Positions 36,237-43,780 of a stretch of DNA of 64,000 nt are shown piece by piece (position 1 is the stretch's first letter; each line of letters starts with the position of its first letter). The notes below the pieces were generated by a model. The model was not told the origin of the DNA and did no database searches. It saw only the letters and a list, made by a program, of their open reading frames with translations. This DNA comes from Candidatus Omnitrophota bacterium (GTDB lineage: Bacteria; Omnitrophota; Gorgyraeia; Zapsychrales; JAHFFX01): positions 7,734 to 71,733 of the forward strand of contig JAHFFW010000010.1 of NCBI GenBank assembly GCA_023247725.1, in the 5' to 3' direction. Made by a program: the position numbers and the translations under genes.

Positions 36237-37072
36237 ACATTATCACAGTCAATGTTGGTCAAGGTGCCCTTTCCTTGGTAAGACATAATAAGGAAGCAAT
36301 TGTAATTGATTCTAGAATTCCACCTTCAGATGACAAAACTGTCGCTTATGTGAAAGAAATGTTGATGGTGTCGCTAAAGGATCACTATGTTAAGGGTCTT
36401 ATATTAACCGGTTTTGATAGTGATCATTCGGATATAACGGGAGTTTCTATTATTCTCCGTAAGTATCGCCCTGATTGGGTCGTGTATCCCAAGTACTATA
36501 AGGAGAGTGAAGAGGCGAGATCGGTTTTTGAACGAATAGAACAAGAGGAAAAAGAAAGATGCAGTTCAACAAATCCTTTGAAAAGAATTTCTGTTAGACT
36601 TGATCAACTAAAGAATCGAAAACTTGTGGGGCTCTCTTCAAACTTTGAGTTTGAATTATTTTCTCCCCATATTGAGGATATGGACTGTTCTAACAATTGC
36701 AGTATTGTACTTAAATTGTCTGGAATCGGGGCAGGCGGTTTTTCATATTTGATAACGGGCGATACAGAAAATGAAAGATGGGAAACAATTAGCAAATTTT
36801 TTGGCGAGGCTCTTAAATCTCATATTTTGGCTGCGCCGCATCATGGCTCAAAAAACGCTACCCATCCCGCATCCCTGCTTCATATTGAACCTCACACTGT
36901 ACTTATCAGCGCTGGCGTAGACAATCAATATGGCCATCCCGACCCGGAGGCCTTAAGAGTTTATAGCCGGGTTGCAAAATTTGTATTCTCCACAAATATG
37001 CAAAACGGTGTTTCACTTTTTACGCGGGACGGAATAACCGGATTTACCACGGAATTGATCCCAAGTAATTAG
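36233..37072 (+). CDS. ComEC/Rec2-type metallo-beta-lactamase-fold protein, divergent first motif
   Basis: NVGQG, TGFDSDH in place of THxDxDH, NNCSIV, ITGD, PHHGS, YGHP. Confidence 0.85.
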   Translation: MNIITVNVGQGALSLVRHNKEAIVIDSRIPPSDDKTVAYVKEMLMVSLKDHYVKGLILTGFDSDHSDITGVSIILRKYRPDWVVYPKYYKESEEARSVFERIEQEEKERCSSTNPLKRISVRLDQLKNRKLVGLSSNFEFELFSPHIEDMDCSNNCSIVLKLSGIGAGGFSYLITGDTENERWETISKFFGEALKSHILAAPHHGSKNATHPASLLHIEPHTVLISAGVDNQYGHPDPEALRVYSRVAKFVFSTNMQNGVSLFTRDGITGFTTELIPSN

Positions 37073-37148
37073 TATATGTGCAATGCTATGTTAAGAGTTC
37101 TGTTATTCTTGTGTGTCAACGCAGTCGGAAAATATCGAAATGAGGTAA

Positions 37149-38249
37149 ATGGATATGGGTTATGATGTAGATTTTTTACCGGTAGGTGACGGAGAGAAGG
37201 GGGGCGATGCGATTGCTGTGCGATGGGGAAATCTAAACGGGAATCGCACAGAACAGAAAGTAATGGTCATTGATGGAGGGACGAAAGATTCAGGGAATGC
37301 TCTTGTAAAACACATTAAAGAATATTACAAAACTGATTTTGTTGATTATGTATTTTGTACTCATCCGGATGCCGATCATGCCTCTGGATTAACGGTTGTC
37401 TTAGAAGAATTAAAAGTTGGTATCTTGTGTATGCATCGTCCATGGGAACATGCCGCAGATATTAAAAATTTGTTTCAGAATGGGAAGATAACAGCAACGA
37501 GTCTCAGAGAAAATCTTCGTAAGGCACTCGAGAACGCGCATGAACTTGAAAGCATTGCGACTAAAAAAGGTATCAAGATTTTTGAGCCGTTTTCCGATAG
37601 TGTTACGAATTCAAATTCTCCATTGACAATTTTAGGACCCAGTGAGGAATTTTATCAATTGATGCTTGCTAATTTTCGGGAAACGCCCAAGCCGAAGGAT
37701 AATGTTAATATTCTCGGTCGCAGTGCTATACTTACCGCCGTTCGGGAAGCAATCCGATGGATAGGGGAAACATGGGGAGTGGAAACCCTTGCAGATCCTG
37801 AGGAGTTTGAAACGAGTGCAGAAAATAATTCCAGCGTTATACTTCTTTTACAGGTTGATGGAAATAAGCTTCTCTTTACGGGCGATGCAGGTGTTGAATC
37901 TCTTGATGCTGCTATTAATAAAGCAATTACTTTGGGGATTGATTTAACGGGTATTTCCTTTATTCAAATTCCGCATCATGGGAGTAAGCATAATGTCAGT
38001 CCATCTCTACTCGATAAACTGGTTGGTCCTAAATTAACCAATGATATTTCTAATAAAACAGCGTTTGTGAGTGTGCCCTTAAAGGGAGATCCAAAGCATC
38101 CATCAAGGAAAGTGACAAATGCCTTCAAAAGGCGAGGTGCGAAGGTTATAGCAACAAAAGAAAGCACGAAACATCATTTTAAAGATGCCCCTGATCGCGG
38201 CTGGGTTAAGGCGGAACCATTGCCTTTCTATGACCAAGTTGCTGATTAG
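37149..38249 (+). CDS. ComEC/Rec2-type metallo-beta-lactamase-fold hydrolase (putative nuclease)
   Basis: PVGDG..GGDA, IDGG, THPDADH, NNSSV, FTGDAG, PHHGS, KHP. Confidence 0.9.
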   Translation: MDMGYDVDFLPVGDGEKGGDAIAVRWGNLNGNRTEQKVMVIDGGTKDSGNALVKHIKEYYKTDFVDYVFCTHPDADHASGLTVVLEELKVGILCMHRPWEHAADIKNLFQNGKITATSLRENLRKALENAHELESIATKKGIKIFEPFSDSVTNSNSPLTILGPSEEFYQLMLANFRETPKPKDNVNILGRSAILTAVREAIRWIGETWGVETLADPEEFETSAENNSSVILLLQVDGNKLLFTGDAGVESLDAAINKAITLGIDLTGISFIQIPHHGSKHNVSPSLLDKLVGPKLTNDISNKTAFVSVPLKGDPKHPSRKVTNAFKRRGAKVIATKESTKHHFKDAPDRGWVKAEPLPFYDQVAD

Positions 38250-38972
38250 ATGTTAAAAGGAATCGATGTGATAAGACACGATAACTATACTTGGTATGCG
38301 CGGATCTATCCGGTCTTCATTGTTATCTTTCCGATAACCCTTGTTTGCATGGTTTGGTTTCAACCGTTGCTAGGATTTCTGACGGGTATCCTAAGTTCAG
38401 GGATAGCGAGTATTTTGTTTTCGCAGTTAGGGCGTGACCAAGGGAAATACAAGGAATCTAAATTATTTGAACTGTGGGGAGGGAATCCCGCTGTTCGCAT
38501 GCTTAGATATCGTGATTCGGTGTTAAGTCAGGTTACGGTTAGACGGATTCATGAGAAGCTTGCGAGTTTGGTGGCCAATACATATGCTGTGAACGAGAAA
38601 GAAGAAAAGGAAGATGCGGTAAAAGCGGATACTGTTTACACGTCGTGGGTTGAATGGTTGCGATCAATGACGCGGGATCAGAGTAAATTTTATCTTCTTT
38701 TTGCAGAAAATAAAAATTATGGATTCCGAAGAAATCTTTGGGGCATGAAATCCATAGGAATTTTGGTTTCCGTTTTATCATTAGTTGCGATCACTATTGC
38801 GCTTTATAGTGAATGGATGCGGATCGGATCTATTTCTTCGATAACTTTAGGGGCTTTTCTTTTCGTCATCTTTTGTTTTATTTTTTGGGTCTTTTGCTGT
38901 ACACCAAAATGGATACGCATTACTGCTGAAGCATATGCTAAACAACTGTTAGAGACTGTAGATCAGTTATAA
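38250..38972 (+). CDS. Membrane protein (about 4 TM), putative effector
   Basis: Two N-terminal and two C-terminal hydrophobic helices around a soluble WGGNP...ENKNYGFRRNL region; starts immediately after the MBL stop. Confidence 0.75.
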   Translation: MLKGIDVIRHDNYTWYARIYPVFIVIFPITLVCMVWFQPLLGFLTGILSSGIASILFSQLGRDQGKYKESKLFELWGGNPAVRMLRYRDSVLSQVTVRRIHEKLASLVANTYAVNEKEEKEDAVKADTVYTSWVEWLRSMTRDQSKFYLLFAENKNYGFRRNLWGMKSIGILVSVLSLVAITIALYSEWMRIGSISSITLGAFLFVIFCFIFWVFCCTPKWIRITAEAYAKQLLETVDQL

Positions 38973-39051
38973 TTTTCGCAGTAGAATTAGCAAAGAGGAT
39001 CTGGGAGTAGATTAGAGCTTTATCAGGCGATCAATAGTTTGTTTGTGGGCT

Positions 39052-39447
39052 TCAAGAATGATTATTATTTGGTTGAGAGCTTTGGGCAAGGTTGCACAGT
39101 TGTTTGACGTTCATTTGGCGGAGGATTTTGGGGTCGTTACAATTGGCAAGTTCTGTGATAAGATTTGATGGTAGTCGATTAGCGATTGTGAGGAGTTTTG
39201 AGATGCGTTTACGGGGGATGTTCAATTTGGCGGCCGCGGAGAGGCAGGTTTCGTCCGGGTGCGCGGTCATGAAATTCTTCACCTGGAGCGCTTCAAGGAT
39301 GCAGTTTTGTGGCGGGGCCGGGGCCCGCGATCGTATTTCGGGCAGGGGCAGGTCGATTGAGGCCTGTAAAGCGCCGTAGCGTCTGGCATGGAATCTCATA
39401 ACCAATTGCGCCACAGGCGGTTCGCGGTTTTGACTTCCGCCAAGCAA
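39052..39447 (-). CDS. HTH-containing ORF reading inward from the putative att site; start uncertain, possibly a remnant
   Basis: CLSAAAKLNIPRKRISKLLTIA is HTH-like; no clear SD or start codon. Confidence 0.45.
   Translation of the reverse strand: MLGGSQNREPPVAQLVMRFHARRYGALQASIDLPLPEIRSRAPAPPQNCILEALQVKNFMTAHPDETCLSAAAKLNIPRKRISKLLTIANRLPSNLITELANCNDPKILRQMNVKQLCNLAQSSQPNNNHS
39419..39442 (+). other. Putative attR core resembling the tRNA-Sec 3' end
   Basis: GGTTCG-CGGTTTTG-ACTTCCGCCA; bacterial selC genes end in ...CTTCCGCCA; coincides with the change from phage cargo to host-type genes. Confidence 0.4.
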
Positions 39448-39627
39448 CAGACCCCAGATTTTTACCCCGACAGGATGTTCGAACTCTTTCCAAAATTTTC
39501 TTAAAGCCCGATAATAAAATTTTTTTAAGAAGTTGAGATATTCGGCAAAGAATAATTTAGTTTTGAAATGTAAGGAGTTTATATTAGAATCAGAAAAAAT
39601 TTGAGATAAGTAAAAAGGAGTTCATTC

Positions 39628-40764
39628 ATGAAACTACGAGCGGTTGTTTTAGGGGCAGGTTTTGGTGGACTTGAACTGACCACCATACTTTCTGAAGCTC
39701 TCGGCGATCGCCTGGATCTCACGCTCATTGATAAGAACGACGCTTTCTATTTTGGTTTTTCAAAACTGGATGTTATGGTCGGCCATGAGAAGCCCGCAAA
39801 TGTGCGCGTCCCTTACCATCACATTAACAAACCCGGCGTGAAATTTCGCCGAGAGGAGATAACCTCCATTGATCCAGCCGCAAAACGCGTTAAAACGGAT
39901 AAGGCGGTTTACGACGCGGATGTTTTGGTTATCGCCTTGGGATCTGATTATGATTTTAAGGCGACACCTGGGCTCGTCGAATACGGACATGAATTCTATA
40001 GTCTTGAAGGTGCCGAGCGTCTAAGTAAATTGCTTCCGAATTTTTCAAAAGGCCGTATTGTGATCGGTGTCAGTGGAACTCCTTTCAAGTGTCCGCCTGC
40101 GCCCAGCGAAGCGGCGCTCATGCTGCATGATTATCTCACGAAACGCGGTGTACGTAAAAATTGTGAAATAACTCTCGCCATGCCTTTTGGTGTCCCCATT
40201 CCTCCATCGCCGGAAACCTCTCAGGCGCTCTTAGTTGCTTTTGCTGAACGCAACATAACCTTTGTCCCTAAAAAAACGGTAGTGGCGCTCGACCCGGGCA
40301 AGAGTGTTGTACAGTTTGATGATAACAGCACGTTACCTTATGATTTATATCTCGGAATTCCGAAACATTGTGTTCCAGCGGTGGTTGCCTCAAGCGGTTT
40401 GACAGAGGAAGGATGGGTAGTCCCCAACCCCAAGAATCTCAAAACTAAGTTTCCTGGCGTATATGCGGTGGGTGATGTGACGAGAATTGGGCCCCCGAAA
40501 GCGGGGTTGTTCGCGGAAGGGGCCGCAAAAGTGGCCGCTGCCACGATTCTAGCGGATCTTCAAGGTGGTGAATATCCTGCGGCTTATGACGGGGCGGGAA
40601 CCTGTTATATTGAGTTTGGGGGAGGCAAGGTTGGGCGTGTAGATGTAAAATTCCTTGCAGGACCAACGCCTACGGGGCGTTATTTCGCACCTTCCACTGA
40701 TCTCGTCGTTGAAAAGAAGTATTTTGGATCCAGTCGCCGGGCTCGCTGGTTTGGATTGCGATAA
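39628..40764 (+). CDS. FAD/NAD(P)-dependent oxidoreductase, sulfide:quinone oxidoreductase-like
   Basis: VVLGAGFGG, FKCPPAPSE, YAVGDV, PKAG, GTCYIEFG. Confidence 0.85.
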   Translation: MKLRAVVLGAGFGGLELTTILSEALGDRLDLTLIDKNDAFYFGFSKLDVMVGHEKPANVRVPYHHINKPGVKFRREEITSIDPAAKRVKTDKAVYDADVLVIALGSDYDFKATPGLVEYGHEFYSLEGAERLSKLLPNFSKGRIVIGVSGTPFKCPPAPSEAALMLHDYLTKRGVRKNCEITLAMPFGVPIPPSPETSQALLVAFAERNITFVPKKTVVALDPGKSVVQFDDNSTLPYDLYLGIPKHCVPAVVASSGLTEEGWVVPNPKNLKTKFPGVYAVGDVTRIGPPKAGLFAEGAAKVAAATILADLQGGEYPAAYDGAGTCYIEFGGGKVGRVDVKFLAGPTPTGRYFAPSTDLVVEKKYFGSSRRARWFGLR

Positions 40765-41012
40765 ATGAGGTTCTAACCTTCTTCAGCCAGCCACCTCAGG
40801 TAGGATAATCCGTCGAACTATTGTAAGAGTTTAAGAAAGAAAAGTTTTATCAAAAGTGTTACAAAGACTATACGAGCTTTTGTCAGGAACAAATGGCTCA
40901 AATGACCGGTACAAAGTAAGCCAGTGACCTAGGGGCCAACTCCGCCGTTTTGTAAAGCAAATCAGTGATGGTTGCTAAAGAATTTAGCTAAAACTTTTTA
41001 CAAGGAGATCCA

Positions 41013-41489
41013 ATGAATAATTTTATAGTTTGGTTTGAAACACCTGTCAAAGATTTAAAAAGAGCGATCAAATTTTACTCCAAAGTAATGGCTGTTGAGC
41101 TACAGCCTGTGGATGGGCCGAGTAAAATGGCACTTTTCCCTTTTGCTCCAAGGGTGGCATCAGGCGCTCTTGTTGAGACCAAGGAAAATACACCCAGCGA
41201 AAGAGGCACGCTCGTTTATCTCAATGGCGGTGAGGACCTGTCAGTTCCACTAAAGCGAGTAGAAGGAGCGGGAGGAAAAATTATTCAGAATAAAATTAGC
41301 ATTGGAGATCACGGCTTCTTAGCGGCTTTTATTGACCTTTCTTCCATTTAAAGCATTGCTGTGGAAGTCAATACTGCCTTTTCCCGAGGAGAAGAAAGGT
41401 TTAATACTGGCTTCCACTCTGCTTTTGGATAGGAAAAGGCCAGTAAAGATACTGAAGGCAACAAAGTTGTTTTGCACAGTATGAAGTGA
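41013..41489 (+). pseudogene. VOC/glyoxalase family gene interrupted near its 3' end
   Basis: WFETPVKDLKRAIKFY...GDHGFLAAF, then an insertion carrying a stop; the missing end KDTEGNKVVLHSMK* is at 41445-41489 in the same frame. Confidence 0.85.
41330..41445. mobile_element. 112-bp palindromic MITE-like insertion with TA duplication
   Basis: TA at 41330-41331 and 41444-41445; imperfect terminal inverted repeats TTGACCTTT / AAAGGCCAG; removing it restores GCT TTT AAA GAT ACT. Confidence 0.75.
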
Positions 41490-41555
41490 GTTGGAATATA
41501 GAAGTAGATGCTCTTCAGGAAAGCAGGGGATTAATATGCGGAAGGAAAAAAATAA

Positions 41556-41885
41556 ATGGCTTATGATGAAAAATTGGCAAAACGTTTGAGTCAATTGATT
41601 GCTCAACGTAATGATTTTTATGAACAGAAAATGTTCGGTGGGGTGGGATTCCTCCTGCACGGAAATATGTGTTTCGGCATTTACAAAAATTACTTAATTC
41701 TACGCCTGGGAGAAGAGCAAGCCAAAAAGGCCTTGAAGAAAGCAGAGACCAAACCGTTTGACATCACCGGCCGTGTGATGAAAGGTTGGGTCATGGTAAC
41801 ACCCGCCGGAATGAGTTCAGAGAATACTTTACGGCGATGGGTGACAAAGGCGATTGCTTTTGTTTCTCAGTTGCCTCGCAAATGA
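41556..41885 (+). CDS. TfoX/Sxy N-terminal domain protein
   Basis: MAYDEKLA...KMFGGVGFLLHGNMCFG...FDITGRVMKGWVMV. Confidence 0.9.
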   Translation: MAYDEKLAKRLSQLIAQRNDFYEQKMFGGVGFLLHGNMCFGIYKNYLILRLGEEQAKKALKKAETKPFDITGRVMKGWVMVTPAGMSSENTLRRWVTKAIAFVSQLPRK

Positions 41886-41924
41886 GTTTTATGAACTGAT
41901 TGCTGAAGAGAAGCGTATTTCTCA

Positions 41925-42481
41925 ATGCTCATCGAAGCAACACAGAAAGCCTTTCAGGAGAAGCGATTTCCCTCCCTTTTAATCATTGGTAATTTTATCG
42001 TCGAGTTTCTACTCATTCATCCCTTTCAAGACGGCAACGGCCGCGTCTCCCGCGTTTTGACCAATCTCTTGCTGTTAAAAAACGGCTATGAATATACACT
42101 TTATATTTCTCATGAGAAATTGATTGAGGATAACAAGGCCGACTATTACATGAGCTTGCGCAAGGCGCAAAAGACCATGAGGACCAAAAATTCGGATATT
42201 GTACCCTGGCTGGATTTTTTTTGACGATTATGTATCAGCAATCAACGATGGCTTTGGAGCTGCTTTCCAAGGAGCATGCCGAAAAAATCTTTTCTTCGAA
42301 ACAAATTGCGGTCTGGGAATATTTGAAATCAGTGGAAGAAGCTGCACCAGGCGAGATTTCCAAACGCACTAAGGTCGCGCGCCCAACGGTGGCCCAGGTG
42401 TTGGATAAACTGCTTCGGTTAAAGAAAATCGAACGGATTGGATTAGGGCGATCAACCCGATATAGAAAATTGTTATTATAA
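41925..42481 (+). pseudogene. Fic family protein, 5'-truncated and frameshifted
   Basis: HPFQDGNGRVSR Fic motif; frameshift in a T8 run at 42215-42222; the C-terminal wHTH (IERIGLGRSTRY) is in the next frame. Confidence 0.8.
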
Positions 42482-42705
42482 TTTGACTCAACTACGTAGA
42501 ATAAAGGAAGGTCTATAGACAGTTTACCAAAAGCCCCCCGCCCCAGTGATGAATAAAACAATTCCATCCTCCAGGTTTATTTATTCAATGCTTTGGTTTG
42601 CCTCCAATTCAATGAACAAGAATAGCAAATTGGCTAAGAGGAAGGAATTGTTTCGCAATTGCTTGGTCGTTCAATAATTGCGTAAAGCCTCGATAGTCCC
42701 CCAAT

Positions 42706-43629
42706 ATGACTGTAACCATTCGCCGTCTTCTCTTATATGCAATAGTCTTCGCGGTCCTTTTCTATTGCTACGTACAAATAAAAACAGTAGCACATACCAA
42801 TCCCTCCCAATCTTATGTAAAATTTACTAATCAACCGGTTCGTCTCAAGGTGGGACCAGGCGTTAACACTTTAGAAAAAGAAATTATTCTCAATGAGCCT
42901 ATGGAGCTTGATTTTAAGACTCGGGCTGAGATTATGGATATAAGAAAATATTATGTGGATCAATATCGTGATTTGCTGGAGGGGGAATACGTTCCGTATG
43001 GTCCTCTTTTTTTAAGGATTGTAGACAACCGTCCTTGGTGGGGGATTGAAGGTGAATTTTGTCATGGAGTTGGCCAACATAGTATCGATGGTGCGTCTGA
43101 GGAAACGCGTTTCTTCATCAATCCATTCTTATTATTAGGATTAGATGAGAGCAAGGTGTTTACTTTCTCACCTGATACGCCCTGTTCGCCGACCTTCCCA
43201 CGGCCGGTAACATTACACTGGCACGCATCGGATGCGAAGGCAGTTGTTACCTATGACATTTCTCGTTTTTTCCGTGAACGCGGTAGACAGCCGAAATCAT
43301 GGGGAGATTATCATATCCTTTCCTTTGAAAGTTTTAATGCCCGTGATTTCGGATATGAATATATTTTTGCCTCGCCAGCGTTATCACAAAATGTAACTGG
43401 AGTCGACCAGAGTCACATGTTTCATGAGGCATGCCCATTACGGAGTTTTATCCATTGTGGAAGAAGCTGTGGATATCCGGGAGGGTGCAATAATGAAAGC
43501 CCATATGAACCAGATTTGAGATTTCGTATTACGGATACACCAGCGACGCTTTACTGCAAGCTTTGGAAAAATAAACCCGATAGTGTTGATGATCCGGCAG
43601 ATTTTATTTTTGTGATTCAAATGAATTGA
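42706..43629 (+). CDS. Hypothetical membrane-anchored or exported protein
   Basis: N-terminal TM; Cys-rich FIHCGRSCGYPGGCNN segment; no family recognised. Confidence 0.65.
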   Translation: MTVTIRRLLLYAIVFAVLFYCYVQIKTVAHTNPSQSYVKFTNQPVRLKVGPGVNTLEKEIILNEPMELDFKTRAEIMDIRKYYVDQYRDLLEGEYVPYGPLFLRIVDNRPWWGIEGEFCHGVGQHSIDGASEETRFFINPFLLLGLDESKVFTFSPDTPCSPTFPRPVTLHWHASDAKAVVTYDISRFFRERGRQPKSWGDYHILSFESFNARDFGYEYIFASPALSQNVTGVDQSHMFHEACPLRSFIHCGRSCGYPGGCNNESPYEPDLRFRITDTPATLYCKLWKNKPDSVDDPADFIFVIQMN

Positions 43630-43647
43630 AAGGCATCAACGCTCCGA

Positions 43648-43702
43648 CGGCGCCCAAGTCCTTCGACTTTGCTTAAGGACCTTTCGAAGGACTTGGGCGC
43701 CG
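43648..43702. repeat. Perfect 19-bp inverted repeat (REP-like palindrome)
   Basis: CGGCGCCCAAGTCCTTCGA (43648-43666) and TCGAAGGACTTGGGCGCCG (43684-43702) around a 17-nt loop. Confidence 0.85.
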
Positions 43703-43780
43703 CTGCGTGTTATGCGTTGAAAAGGTTGACTTGCTTAAGAAAAAGTCCTACAGTATTCCAAGAATTTTTAGGGAGTGCAT

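Larger units (their letters stand above)
1..39442 (+). mobile_element. Lambda-like prophage (late/structural region) with right-end defence cargo; left end lies outside the window
   Basis: Colinear terminase-portal-protease-capsid-neck-tail-TMP-tip-fibre-holin genes, followed by cargo. The right boundary is inferred from a tRNA-Sec-like ACTTCCGCCA core at 39433-39442 and is uncertain. Confidence 0.75.

Noticed and set aside
33376-38972. Calling the E1/E2/JAB operon CBASS, Pycsar or Bil
   Set aside because: No CD-NTase or cyclase motif, no fused Cap2-type E2-E1, and no recognisable beta-grasp ubiquitin-like gene.
39419-39484. Complete tRNA gene
   Set aside because: Only short 3'-end-like fragments; no cloverleaf can be built on either strand.
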